DNA from: an uncultured Desulfatibacillum sp.
GTDB taxonomy: Bacteria > Desulfobacterota > Desulfobacteria > Desulfobacterales > SpSt-501
Length of the DNA: 64,000 bases
Assembly (NCBI GenBank): GCA_964570965.1
Contig: CAZNAX010000003.1
Span: 3,874-67,873, forward strand
Direction of reading: 5' to 3'
Shown: one piece after another, positions 44,540 to 54,393 of the stretch
How positions within the stretch are numbered: position 1 is the first letter of the stretch
Layout: every line of letters starts with the position of its first letter
Position numbers and translations under genes: made by a program
The notes under the pieces: model-generated
Databases searched by the model: none
Told to the model about the DNA's origin: nothing
Seen by the model: only the letters and a program-made list of their open reading frames with translations

Positions 44540-47122
44540 TCAGGCAGGTTTGTCAAGTTCGAGCAGTTCGTAGACTTTCAGACCGGCGAGTTCGGTCGGA
44601 AAATCCACCGGAAGGGAAACGGCGTGCACGACGGGGCGCGAGCGCACCGACCGCAGGGTGGCATCGCTGACCAGAATCCCGTTGGGAAAGACCTTGGCGA
44701 GGCCTTGCAGCCGGAACACGGTATTGACCGCATCGCCGATCACGGTATAATCCATCTTCTTCTCGAAGCCGATGTTTCCGGCCACCACTTCGCCGGTATG
44801 AACGCTGATCCCCATTTCGATGGTATGACCCAGGTCTCGGCTCAGCAACAGGTTTAAACCCGCCAGCGAATGCTTCATGTCGAGCGCTGCCTGCAGGGCA
44901 TTGTCCGGATCGGCGACGCTGGAGACCGGCGCTCCGAAAACCGCCAGGAATCCATCGCCGATATATTTGTCGACGATGCCATGATGCCTAAACACCAGGT
45001 CGCCCATTGCCTCGAAGAAACGGTTTAAAAGCGCCACCGTCTTGGGAGGACCGATTTGTTGAGCGATCCGTGAAAACCCACGGATGTCGATGTTCAGCAG
45101 AGTGATGGTTTTCACCTCTTCGATCACCGGTTTTCCGTCTTCCAGCCCATGGATGATCTTATCGACGACCTCTTTCGGCACGAAGGTTTGAAACAGCCGG
45201 CGTACATCGCGCTCATGCTCGGCGGCCGCCACCGTTTTCTTGTACAAGCGCGCATTCTCCAACGCAATGCTCACCGAAGCGGCAATGGCTTGCAGCAGGT
45301 CCCGGTCGTTGGCGTCAAAGTGCCCACACACCTTGTTCAGCACCTCAATGACACCGATCACTCGGCCCTGGGAGATCATCGGAACGCACAGCGCCGAACG
45401 CGTGCGGAACCCGGATACCTCATCAATCACTGGAAAAAACTGCATGGATTTTTCGGTGTCGTTGGCGATAACGGCTTCGCCGCGTGCCGCCGCATGCCCG
45501 GCGATCCCCTGCCCCAGCTTGAGTCGGAAGGTTTGAAGCGCCGGCAGGCTTCCGTTGAAAGCCACGGCCACCTCCAATTCCTGCCCTTCCAAGAACAACA
45601 GAGATCCCGCTTCGACATTGACCACCTCTCGAATCATGTCCATGGTGTACTGGAGCACTTTGTTCATATCGAAAGTGGACGATGCCAGGGCGCCGCCGAC
45701 TTGGCGAATCGTTTCCATCTCCTGAGTGCGCTTGAGCACGGCGCCCAGGAGTCGATTGCGGTCCACGGCCAACGCCAACCCGCCGGCGACCCAGCTGACC
45801 AGATTCTGAGCCTCCTGGAAGACTTCGCCACTGCGGCCGACCATCACCAGGGCGCCCATCATCCGACCGCCCGTTCTCAACGGAACCAAAAAACAGCTGC
45901 CGCTGCTGCGGGGATGAAACAGCGCCTGGTCCAACGGTGTCAGCTCCTCGGGCGGAGCCTCCAGAATCATGCAGGATTCCTGCTGCAGGGCCTTTTCGAT
46001 TAGCGAGCCTTCGTAGATATGCTCGGAGTGTTTTAGAACCGTACTGGCAGAGAAGCTGACCCACTCCTTGACGTGAACGGTCTTGGCCTTGGTCTCATCC
46101 TTCACGAAAATGCCGGCTGCCTCAAAGGGCACCACTCCGTGAAGCTCGTGCAGCACCGTGTGCATCAAATCACTGTCCCGCAGGCTGGAATTCAACAGCT
46201 TGACCACCCGGTCGACGGCCCGCAGGCCCGCGGCGGCGCGATCGTTCTCGCGCAACAGCCGCAGGTTTTCAAATGTGAAGGCGGCGTTGCTCAGCAGGGG
46301 GGTCAACAGTTCGCTATCTTCCAGGGTATACCTTCGCTGCGCATCGCTGCTTGAAATCGTGAGCACGCCGATAATGGTTTTGCTGGTCTTGATCGGCATG
46401 CACACGAAGGACTTCGAACCGTAGTGGGGAAGGTTGGACCGGCCGAAACGCTTGTCTATTTCGATATTTTCCACCACCAGGGGGGACTTGTTGATGACCG
46501 CATACTTGGCGATGCTGGAGTCGAAATCGATGCGGTCGCCGGATTTGACATGCTCTCCGAGCCCGATGGTGGCCTTGACGCGAAACGCCTTCGGCTCGGA
46601 TGAATCGAAGGTCAGCACCGATCCGATATCCGAGTTGGTCAGCAGCAGCGCTCGCTCGAGCATGACATAGAGGATCTCCTCTGCGTCAAAGGTGACATAG
46701 CAGAGCTCGGACAAATCCTTGAGGACAGAGATGCCGGCGGACTTTTTTTCAAGCTGCTGGACGGTCTGGCCGAAGTGATTGCGAATGGACTGGAACGATT
46801 GCGCGATGACGAGCAGTTCATCGGCGGGCGGCGCCATCCGGTCCGCACCAGAACCCGCTGCCGATGATGATCGAATCGAGTCCGATAGGACCGCGATGCG
46901 CTGAAAGAGATTCTTGAGGATGGAGTACCCAACATAGGCACATATCAGGAATCCCAAAAAAAAATAGGGGACGTATTCATCTCCCAGGATGCCGTAACGC
47001 TGGCTGAAATAGATGAAGCCCCCGACGGGCAAAAAAAAGAAAAGCCCGAAAGCCAGCTGCAATTTGCGCTGCAGCCGGGTCTGGGGGCGGCGCTTGGGGA
47101 AGGGCCAGGAGCTCCAGTTCAT
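44540..47122 (-). CDS. membrane-anchored multi-GAF class III adenylate/guanylate cyclase
   Basis: 860 aa. Two N-terminal TM helices and three GAF-like segments. C-terminal 'LLNIDIRGFSRIAQ', 'VDKYIGDGFLAVFGAP', 'GISVHTGEVVAGNIG', 'DYTVIGDAVNTVFRLQ'. Confidence 0.88.
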   Translation of the reverse strand: MNWSSWPFPKRRPQTRLQRKLQLAFGLFFFLPVGGFIYFSQRYGILGDEYVPYFFLGFLICAYVGYSILKNLFQRIAVLSDSIRSSSAAGSGADRMAPPADELLVIAQSFQSIRNHFGQTVQQLEKKSAGISVLKDLSELCYVTFDAEEILYVMLERALLLTNSDIGSVLTFDSSEPKAFRVKATIGLGEHVKSGDRIDFDSSIAKYAVINKSPLVVENIEIDKRFGRSNLPHYGSKSFVCMPIKTSKTIIGVLTISSSDAQRRYTLEDSELLTPLLSNAAFTFENLRLLRENDRAAAGLRAVDRVVKLLNSSLRDSDLMHTVLHELHGVVPFEAAGIFVKDETKAKTVHVKEWVSFSASTVLKHSEHIYEGSLIEKALQQESCMILEAPPEELTPLDQALFHPRSSGSCFLVPLRTGGRMMGALVMVGRSGEVFQEAQNLVSWVAGGLALAVDRNRLLGAVLKRTQEMETIRQVGGALASSTFDMNKVLQYTMDMIREVVNVEAGSLLFLEGQELEVAVAFNGSLPALQTFRLKLGQGIAGHAAARGEAVIANDTEKSMQFFPVIDEVSGFRTRSALCVPMISQGRVIGVIEVLNKVCGHFDANDRDLLQAIAASVSIALENARLYKKTVAAAEHERDVRRLFQTFVPKEVVDKIIHGLEDGKPVIEEVKTITLLNIDIRGFSRIAQQIGPPKTVALLNRFFEAMGDLVFRHHGIVDKYIGDGFLAVFGAPVSSVADPDNALQAALDMKHSLAGLNLLLSRDLGHTIEMGISVHTGEVVAGNIGFEKKMDYTVIGDAVNTVFRLQGLAKVFPNGILVSDATLRSVRSRPVVHAVSLPVDFPTELAGLKVYELLELDKPA

Positions 47123-47349
47123 TCCGCGGACACCGTCTGATGCATCAATGGGTTGGCCGAATCAGCCTGAAACGACTATCGGCTCGAACGACCCCTTGCT
47201 TGAGCAAATTTCGAACCCTGCGATCCCACCCCCGCCCATGCAGGCCTAAACCACCTTCGGCTTGACTTTCCCCGCCGCCACGGATAAAGGAGCAACTCCG
47301 TTGAGATCCCAGGGAATCGGTCATCGCGATGGCCCTTTCAAGGAGCTTC

Positions 47350-49614
47350 ATGCCCATCGATTCGATCCACCTCATCGCTCAACAACTGTCCATCCGACCC
47401 TCCCAGGTGGAGGCCGTTGCCGCTTTGTTGGCCGAAGGCGCCACCATGCCTTTCATTGCGCGTTACCGCAAGGAGGCGACGGGCAGTCTGGATGAAATCG
47501 CCGTTGGCGCCATTCGTGATCGCCTGGACCAGTTGCAGGAGCTCAAGGAGCGACGCGCGTCGATTCTGAAGTCGCTGGCTCAGCACGGCCACCTGACCGA
47601 TGAGCTGAATGCCAAGGTCTTGAGCGCTGAATCCATGGCCGCTCTCGAGGATCTCTATTTGCCGTTCCGACCGAAACGCCGCACTCGCGCCGCAGCGGCC
47701 AGAGAAAAGGGCCTCGATCCGCTGGCCCGGCTGCTCTTTGAACAAAAAGGGGTTGCCCCGGAAACGGCCGCCGCCGGTTTCCTAGACCCGGAAAAAGGGG
47801 TGCAGACAATTGAAGACGCTCTGGCCGGCGCCCGGGACATCATCGCCGAGATGATCAACGAAGACGTGTCGGCCCGCGCCCGTTTGCGCGCTTATTTCTG
47901 GAAGAACGCCCACGTCACCAGCAAAGTCTCACCAGGCAAGGAGGCGACCGGGGCGAAGTTTAGGGATTATTTCGACTGGCAGGAACCAGCGCTTTCCGCA
48001 CCATCCCATCGGGTGCTCGCCATGCGTCGAGGCGAGCGCGAGGAAGTGTTGAATCTTTCGTGGCAGCCGCCGGAAGCCGAAGCGCTCGATCTTCTCGATG
48101 CGATGTTCGTCACCGGAACGGCTGCGGATGCCGAGCAGGTCCGCACGGCGGTGCACGATGCCTATCGCCGCCTGCTCAGCCGTTCGCTGGAAACCGAGCT
48201 GCGCCTGACGGTCAAGGTGCAAGCCGACACGGAAGCCATCCGGGTCTTCGCCGAAAACCTCCGGGAGCTGCTGCTGGCCCCGCCGCTCGGGCCGCGGCGC
48301 GTGCTGGCGGTCGACCCCGGCTTCCGGACCGGATGCAAACTGGCGTGCCTGGACGAGCAGGGCCGTCTGCTGCACCACGCGACCATTTTTCCTCACGGTT
48401 CCGAACGCCAGCGAAGCGAGGCCGCCCATGAAATATTGAAGCTGGTTGAGAAATACCGCATCGAGGTGATCGCTGTCGGCAACGGCACGGCCGGGCGCGA
48501 AACCGAACAATTTTTGAGAGCCCTCCGGCTGCCCGCCGCTCTCGCAATTGTTCCGGTGGATGAGAGCGGTGCGTCCGTCTATTCAGCCTCGGAGGCGGCC
48601 CGCCAGGAATATCCGGATCTGGACCTGACCGTCCGCGGGACCGTTTCCATCGGGCGGCGCCTTATGGACCCCTTGGCAGAGCTGGTTAAAATCGACCCCA
48701 AGTCCATCGGTGTCGGCCAGTATCAGCATGACGTCGACTCCGCAGCCCTCCGACAGGCCCTCGATGACGTGGTGGCCAGCTGTGTCAACCGCGTCGGGGT
48801 GGATTTGAATCAGGCCAGCCTGGAGCTATTGACTTACATATCCGGCCTGGGGCCGCAGCTGGCCCAAAATATCGTGACCCACCGCAATGCCCACGGCGCT
48901 TTTCGATCCCGCACGGAGCTGCTGGAAATCCCGCGACTCGGCCCGAAGGCGTTCGAGCAATGCGCAGGCTTCTTGCGGATTCGAAACGGCGATAATCCGC
49001 TCGACGCCAGCGCCGTCCACCCCGAGAGCTACCCGGTGGTTCAGGCGATGGCTTCCGATCTGGGATGCAACGTGTCCATCCTGTTGGAGGATCCCGGCAT
49101 GCGAGCGAAGATCGACCTGCCGTGCTATGTCAGTTCGACTCGAGGCCTGCCTACCCTGCAGGATATTCTGGCTGAGTTGGAAAAACCCGGGCGTGACCCG
49201 CGCCGCGAGTTTGAGCTGTTCACGTTCGCCCGCAATGTCGCCGACCTGACGGATTTGTCCCCGGGAATGCGCCTGCCCGGCGTGGTAACCAACGTGACGG
49301 CCTTTGGCGCCTTTGTGGATGTCGGCGTACACCACGACGGCCTTGTTCATATCAGCGAGCTGTCGGATCGTTTCGTGAAAAACCCACTGGAGGTGGTCAA
49401 AGTGCATCAAAAGGTCGAAGTGACGGTGCTTTCGGTGGACACCGAGCGTCGCCGGTTCGCCCTTTCGATGAAAACCGGCCCCGAGCATCGGCAACGATCC
49501 CGTCCGCCCGCGGCTGCATCCCCTATTTCTAAAGCGAATCCGTCCGCCCGGCGGATGTCGCCGCGACCGTTTCACAATCCGTTTGAGCAGCTTCTGAAAA
49601 AGCCGGGGGAATGA
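47350..49614 (+). CDS. tex: Tex-like transcription accessory protein with S1 domain
   Basis: 'LSIRPSQVEAVAALLAEGATMPFIARYRKEATG', 'GFRTGCK' (YqgF-like), 'VGNGTAGRET', HhH region, C-terminal S1 'GVVTNVTAFGAFVDVGVHHDGLVHISEL'. The ATG at 47329 is an alternative start. Confidence 0.93.
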   Translation: MPIDSIHLIAQQLSIRPSQVEAVAALLAEGATMPFIARYRKEATGSLDEIAVGAIRDRLDQLQELKERRASILKSLAQHGHLTDELNAKVLSAESMAALEDLYLPFRPKRRTRAAAAREKGLDPLARLLFEQKGVAPETAAAGFLDPEKGVQTIEDALAGARDIIAEMINEDVSARARLRAYFWKNAHVTSKVSPGKEATGAKFRDYFDWQEPALSAPSHRVLAMRRGEREEVLNLSWQPPEAEALDLLDAMFVTGTAADAEQVRTAVHDAYRRLLSRSLETELRLTVKVQADTEAIRVFAENLRELLLAPPLGPRRVLAVDPGFRTGCKLACLDEQGRLLHHATIFPHGSERQRSEAAHEILKLVEKYRIEVIAVGNGTAGRETEQFLRALRLPAALAIVPVDESGASVYSASEAARQEYPDLDLTVRGTVSIGRRLMDPLAELVKIDPKSIGVGQYQHDVDSAALRQALDDVVASCVNRVGVDLNQASLELLTYISGLGPQLAQNIVTHRNAHGAFRSRTELLEIPRLGPKAFEQCAGFLRIRNGDNPLDASAVHPESYPVVQAMASDLGCNVSILLEDPGMRAKIDLPCYVSSTRGLPTLQDILAELEKPGRDPRREFELFTFARNVADLTDLSPGMRLPGVVTNVTAFGAFVDVGVHHDGLVHISELSDRFVKNPLEVVKVHQKVEVTVLSVDTERRRFALSMKTGPEHRQRSRPPAAASPISKANPSARRMSPRPFHNPFEQLLKKPGE

Positions 49615-49631
49615 GAGCGCCGATCCTGGCC

Positions 49632-49669
49632 AAGCGGCTCCGAGTCGGTTAAGAACAAGCCGCTTTTTA
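49632..49669 (+). terminator. possible rho-independent terminator after tex
   Basis: 7-bp perfect stem AAGCGGC (49632-49638) / GCCGCTT (49659-49665), followed by a run of 5 T. The 20-nt loop is larger than ideal. Confidence 0.35.
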
Positions 49670-49742
49670 GAAACCCTCTCCTTAGGCCCTACCGGAAAGC
49701 CGAAGGTATGCCGGCGGTTAAGGGCGGTCGGCCGGAGGTAGC

Positions 49743-50180
49743 ATGCGTGCAGTGGTTCAACGAGTCAGCGAAGCGTCGGTTCGGGTTCAGCATGAAGTGA
49801 TCAGTCGCATCGGCAACGGGTTGCTGGTTTTGCTGGGGGTGTCCAGGGCCGATAGCTCAAAGGAAGCGGATCATCTGGCCGGGAAAATCGCTCAGTTGCG
49901 GATTTTCGAGGATGCCGACGGAAAGCTGAACCGGTCGCTGTTGGAGATCGGTGGAGAAATGCTGATCGTATCCCAGTTCACCCTGCTGGGCGACTGCCGC
50001 AAGGGCCGCCGACCGTCCTTCATGGATGCCGCCGAACCTGCGCAGGCGAATGAGCTCTACGAGCGTTTTGTCCGGCATACGAGATCGATGGGCATCTCCG
50101 CCCAGACCGGTCGGTTCCAGGCACTCATGGCCGTTTCCCTCGTCAACGATGGTCCGGTCACGCTGATCGTCGAGAGCTGA
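49743..50180 (+). CDS. dtd: D-aminoacyl-tRNA deacylase
   Basis: 145 aa. 'MRAVVQRV', 'GLLVLLGV', 'SQFTLLGD', 'GRRPSF', 'NDGPVTL'. Confidence 0.93.
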   Translation: MRAVVQRVSEASVRVQHEVISRIGNGLLVLLGVSRADSSKEADHLAGKIAQLRIFEDADGKLNRSLLEIGGEMLIVSQFTLLGDCRKGRRPSFMDAAEPAQANELYERFVRHTRSMGISAQTGRFQALMAVSLVNDGPVTLIVES

Positions 50181-50234
50181 TCCGCCCGGCCGGTCGTCCT
50201 GCACGGCGCTCCTCCGCGTGAAAGGGGCTCGGTT

Positions 50235-51005
50235 CTATCCGGAAATGATATGGGCGTAGGCGCTGTGGTTGTGGATGGACTCGAAGTTCTCGGCGCTCAC
50301 CGAAAACCAGGTGATGTTGGGGTCCGCCACCAGCCGCTTGGCCACATCCCGAACCATATCCTCCACGAACTTGGGGTTCTGAAAGGCACGCTCGGTGACG
50401 CATTTTTCATCGACCCGCTTGAGGACCGAATAAACATCGCTCGACGCCGTAGATTCCACCAGCTCGATCATGTCCTCCAACCAGATGAACTTTCTAAAAC
50501 GCAGCCGCAACCGAACCTTGCCGCGCTGGTTGTGGGCGCCGAAATCGCTGATCTCCTTCGAACAGGGGCATACCGAGGTGATGGGCACCACGACCTCGGA
50601 CATCAGATCCACTTTGCCGGAGGCGTCGCTCGACCCCACGATCCGGCAGGCGTAGTCCATCAGTCCGGTGGCCATGCTGATCGGAGCCTTCTTTTCGATG
50701 AAATAGGGGAACGCCATTTCGAGGTGGGCGGAGGCGGCATTTAAAAATTTTTTCATATGGTCCAAAATGACCGAAAATCGTTGGAGTGAAACCTCCGGCT
50801 TCAAGCTGTGCAGCATCTCTACGAACCGGCTCATGTGCGTGCCCTTGTACTCGTGGGGCAGGTCGACGAACATATTGATCGTAGCCACGGTATGTTGGAA
50901 CCCGTCGCGTCGGTCACGCACGCGGATGGGGTAACGCAGGTTCTTGATGCCCACCTGGTTGATCGGAATGTTGCGGAAATCCCGCTCGTTTTGGACGTCC
51001 CGCAT
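50235..51005 (-). CDS. folE2: GTP cyclohydrolase FolE2/MptA (type IB)
   Basis: 'RDVQNERDFRNIPINQVGIKNLRYPI' and 'KGTHMSRFVEML'. The ORF-track start at 51011 is a GTG overlapping the upstream TGA; ATG 51003-51005 lies 2 nt after that stop. Confidence 0.9.
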   Translation of the reverse strand: MRDVQNERDFRNIPINQVGIKNLRYPIRVRDRRDGFQHTVATINMFVDLPHEYKGTHMSRFVEMLHSLKPEVSLQRFSVILDHMKKFLNAASAHLEMAFPYFIEKKAPISMATGLMDYACRIVGSSDASGKVDLMSEVVVPITSVCPCSKEISDFGAHNQRGKVRLRLRFRKFIWLEDMIELVESTASSDVYSVLKRVDEKCVTERAFQNPKFVEDMVRDVAKRLVADPNITWFSVSAENFESIHNHSAYAHIISG

Positions 51006-51007
51006 GC

Positions 51008-51739
51008 TCACTTCAACAAATACTCCGGCTTCACGTGGCGCATGGCTCTGAAAATATTCCCCTTGATCTTGGGGTTGCTCCGGTAAAGCTGTTGGAGAAG
51101 CTCTTTGATGTCGGCCCTCCGAGACCGATTGGCCGACGGGCAGGGATTGGCGCTGACCGGCAGCCGCCCTTCGCGCGCGAAGCGCCGAATGAGAGATTCG
51201 TCCGCGTAGGCCAAAGGGCGAACCAATCGGAATCGGCCGTCGAAAAGCTCCTGGGCCGGACGCATGGTGCTGATTTCACCCGAATAGCAGATGTTCAGGA
51301 AAAGGGTTTCGATCACATCGTCTCGGTTGTGGCCCAGCGCCAAGGTGCAGCAATCCGCTTCCGCTGCGATTTCGAAAAGTCTTTTGCGGCGCAAGCGGGC
51401 GCAGAGGAAGCAGGGGTTTTCCCGATTCAGCGGGCCGTGGCTGATGACACCGAAATCAGTCACTTCGGTCCGTAGCGCAACTCCCAGTCGTTCACAAAAC
51501 GGGCGCATCGCCTCGGCGGCCCCTCCGCCGAAGCCCGGATCGATATACACCGCTTCCAGGTGGTAGGCGATGCGGATGCGCGCTTGCCGCTCGGATAGCA
51601 TCCACAGCAGGGTCAGGCTGTCGGATCCTCCGGATAGTCCCACCAGGATCCGATCCCCATCCCGGATCATGTCGTAATCATGGATGGCCCTGCCTACAGC
51701 ACGGTTCAGCGCCTTGTATGCGGAGCCTGAGCCGCGCAA
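51008..51739 (-). CDS. TtcA-family PP-loop tRNA thiolation ATPase
   Basis: 243 aa. PP-loop 'LVGLSGGSDSLTLL', 'CFLCARLRRKRL', 'LALGHNRDDVIETLFLN', 'LVRPLAY'. Confidence 0.8.
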   Translation of the reverse strand: MRGSGSAYKALNRAVGRAIHDYDMIRDGDRILVGLSGGSDSLTLLWMLSERQARIRIAYHLEAVYIDPGFGGGAAEAMRPFCERLGVALRTEVTDFGVISHGPLNRENPCFLCARLRRKRLFEIAAEADCCTLALGHNRDDVIETLFLNICYSGEISTMRPAQELFDGRFRLVRPLAYADESLIRRFAREGRLPVSANPCPSANRSRRADIKELLQQLYRSNPKIKGNIFRAMRHVKPEYLLK

Positions 51740-51746
51740 CCGGAAG

Positions 51747-51953
51747 CTATTCCTCGTCCTGCTTGGGCTCCCGTAAAACGATTCGCCCGGCAGCGATCTC
51801 TCTCAGAGAAATGACCACGTCCTCATTTTTGGGAGAGCTGACAAGATAATCGGAGCCCTCTCGAATCTGCCGCACGCGCCTGGCCACCATGTTGACCAAC
51901 TGAAAGCGGTTGGGCACTTTCTTCAGACAATCTTCAACCGTGATCCGTGCCAC
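51747..51953 (-). CDS. rpoZ: RNA polymerase omega subunit
   Basis: (M)ARITVEDCLKKVPNRFQLVNMVARRVRQI. GTG start at 51951-51953 with GGAGG 7 nt upstream; the ORF-track start at 51989 adds 12 non-conserved residues. Confidence 0.85.
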   Translation of the reverse strand: MARITVEDCLKKVPNRFQLVNMVARRVRQIREGSDYLVSSPKNEDVVISLREIAAGRIVLREPKQDEE

Positions 51954-51982
51954 GTTGCATCCTCCATGAAAAAAATTAGGAC

Positions 51983-52453
51983 CTAACAAATTTCAACCAG
52001 CTCGTAGGCGCGTTTGCCGCCCGGCACATCGATCACCAGTTCATCGCCGGGCTTCCTTCCCAGAATGGCCTTTCCCAGAGGCGAGGCGATGGAGATGCGC
52101 CCGTTTCCCACATCCGACTCGTCGGGGCCCACCAGTTGGTATTCCACGCCCTGCCCGGTCTCCAGGTTCTCCAGCCGAACGCGGCTGCCGAACACCGCCC
52201 GATCCTTGGGCAGATTGTTGGGATGAATGATCTCCAGGGATGCCAGCTTGTATTGCAACTCAATGATGCGGCCCTCGATAAACCCCTGGCGATCTTTGGC
52301 GGCGGCGTATTCCGCGTTCTCGCTCAGATCCCCGTGGGCCCGCGCTTCCTCAATCGCTCGAATATTTTCGGGCCGATCCACGCGCTTTAGATTTTCGAGT
52401 TCTCGCCGGATGGCCTCATAGCCTTCCGGAGTGACGGGGATTCGTTCCAACAT
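51983..52453 (-). CDS. greA: transcription elongation factor GreA
   Basis: Start moved to ATG 52451-52453 (AGGAG SD): MLERIPVTPEGYEAIRRELENLK..., 'AHGDLSENAEYAAAK', 'SPLGKAILGRKPGD'. The ORF-track 5' extension overlaps asd. Confidence 0.92.
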   Translation of the reverse strand: MLERIPVTPEGYEAIRRELENLKRVDRPENIRAIEEARAHGDLSENAEYAAAKDRQGFIEGRIIELQYKLASLEIIHPNNLPKDRAVFGSRVRLENLETGQGVEYQLVGPDESDVGNGRISIASPLGKAILGRKPGDELVIDVPGGKRAYELVEIC

Positions 52454-52503
52454 TCGACTCCTGGTGTAATTGTCTGTTTCAAGCAGGGGGGTGCACCCCC
52501 GGC

Positions 52504-53526
52504 CTACAAATACGTCTGCGCCAGAATCTGACCGATCTGAACGGCGTTGGTGGCGGCTCCCTTGCGAATGTTGTCCGCAACGATCCACAAGTTGATGCCG
52601 TTCGGCACGGATTCGTCCCTGCGGATCCGCCCCACCAGCGTCAGGTCCTGTCCGGCAGCGTCCGTCGCTAACGGATAGCGGTTCTGCGAGGGGTCATCGA
52701 CCACCTGGACCCCGGGCGCGGAAGCCAAGATCCGGCGAACCTCCTCCGGCGGGCAGGGCCGCTCGGTTTCCACATTGACCGATTCGCTGTGGCTGAAAAA
52801 CACCGGTACCCGCACCGTGGTCGCCGTAACGGCCAGCGTCGGAGCTTCCATAATCTTGCGGGTTTCATTCACCATTTTTATTTCTTCCTTGGTATAGCCG
52901 TTGTCAAGAAACTTGTCGATGTGCGGCAGGCAGTTAAACGCAATGCGATGCGGATAGACCGACCGTTCGACGGCCAGAAAGTTGATCATGGCGCGGGTCT
53001 GGTTGAACAGTTCGTCGATGGCTTTCTTACCGGTGCCCGAAACCGATTGATAGGTGGACACCACAATGCGTCGAATGCCGAATTTTTGGTGGATCGGGTT
53101 CAAGGCGACCACCATCTGAATCGTCGAGCAATTCGGATTGGCGATGATCCCCTTCTGCGTATACTGGGCCACGGCATGCGGATTGACTTCCGGCACCACG
53201 AGCGGAACCTGAGGGTCCATGCGCCAGGCGCTCGAGTTGTCGATCACCACACAACCGTCTTGAGCAGCCATCGGAGCGAATTTTTCACTGGTTCCGCCGC
53301 CGGCCGAAAACAACGCAATGTCGATGCCCTTGAACGAGCGTTCGGTGAGTTCCTGCACGTCGATGGAGTCGCCCCGGAACCGCAACTGCCGGCCGACGGA
53401 GCGCGACGATGCCAGCAGCGTCAAGCGTTTGACTGGAAAGTCCATCTCTTCGAGACAGGCGATCATCTGGTTGCCGACTGCTCCGGTCGCCCCCACGACG
53501 GCCACATGAAACTGTCTGGCTTTCAT
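52504..53526 (-). CDS. asd: aspartate-semialdehyde dehydrogenase
   Basis: 340 aa. 'VAVVGATGAVG', 'IIANPNCSTI', 'STYQSVSGTG', 'VRVPV', 'GAATNAVQI'. Confidence 0.95.
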   Translation of the reverse strand: MKARQFHVAVVGATGAVGNQMIACLEEMDFPVKRLTLLASSRSVGRQLRFRGDSIDVQELTERSFKGIDIALFSAGGGTSEKFAPMAAQDGCVVIDNSSAWRMDPQVPLVVPEVNPHAVAQYTQKGIIANPNCSTIQMVVALNPIHQKFGIRRIVVSTYQSVSGTGKKAIDELFNQTRAMINFLAVERSVYPHRIAFNCLPHIDKFLDNGYTKEEIKMVNETRKIMEAPTLAVTATTVRVPVFFSHSESVNVETERPCPPEEVRRILASAPGVQVVDDPSQNRYPLATDAAGQDLTLVGRIRRDESVPNGINLWIVADNIRKGAATNAVQIGQILAQTYL

Positions 53527-53656
53527 TTAGTTACCCCTCCTCACCTTCGAAGCCCGCGCCCCCGGACGCCCTGCCTGCAAATCAGCCGCTTTCACAACCT
53601 GCGGGCGTCACGCTGGCCCGATGCGCTATCGGCGGCCGTCTGAGACATAAGATGCC

Positions 53657-54346
53657 TCATGTCGGGATGGCGACTTCGGGAAAACTGCCGAGGATTGAAG
53701 TTCCGGCCTGGACCCTGTCGCCCACCGACACCGCCAAGGTGACATCCGGCGGCAGGTAAACATCCAACCGAGAGCCGAAACAAATCATGCCAAACCGCTG
53801 ACCTCGGCGCACGGTGTCGCCACATTGTACCAGACAGATGATGCGCCGCGCGATCAGCCCAGCAACCTGAACCACACACAGCCGTCTCCCAAAGCTGGTT
53901 TCCAGGAAAACCGCATTGTGCTCGTTGCGCATGGAAGCCTCTGCCCGGTTCGCTGCCACGAACTTACCCGGTTGATAGCGGATGTTGACGACCCGGCCCT
54001 CAGCCGGAATGCGATTGACATGCACATTGAAGACCGACATGAAGATGCTGATTTTTCGCACCTCTTCGTTGAAAAACGGATGGCTTCCAACCCGCTCCAC
54101 GGAAATCACCCGCCCGTCCGCCGGCGAAACCACCAGACCGGGCCGGCTTGGGATCAGTCGGTCCGGGTCCCTGAAAAATCCGGCGATGCACAACGTACCG
54201 AGCAGCGCAGCCAGTGCCAGCGGTGTCAAGGCCAACTGGGCCAACACGAGGGTGACAAACGCCGCTCCGAACAAAAGCGGATACCCGGCCTTGGCTATCG
54301 GTAAGGCCCATCGGTTGGGAGGGTCCGCCCGGGTAAATTCATCCAT
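53657..54346 (-). CDS. psd: phosphatidylserine decarboxylase proenzyme (short, archaeal-like type)
   Basis: 'SPADGRVI', 'IFMSVFNVHVNR', 'GQRFGMICFGSRLDVYLP' (GS cleavage motif). The ORF-track start at 54361 is TTG; ATG at 54344-54346 is preferred. Confidence 0.85.
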   Translation of the reverse strand: MDEFTRADPPNRWALPIAKAGYPLLFGAAFVTLVLAQLALTPLALAALLGTLCIAGFFRDPDRLIPSRPGLVVSPADGRVISVERVGSHPFFNEEVRKISIFMSVFNVHVNRIPAEGRVVNIRYQPGKFVAANRAEASMRNEHNAVFLETSFGRRLCVVQVAGLIARRIICLVQCGDTVRRGQRFGMICFGSRLDVYLPPDVTLAVSVGDRVQAGTSILGSFPEVAIPT

Positions 54347-54393
54347 GTCAGTAGATTTCAAGGGTCGATTTCTCTAAATTGGCCAAAATTTTT

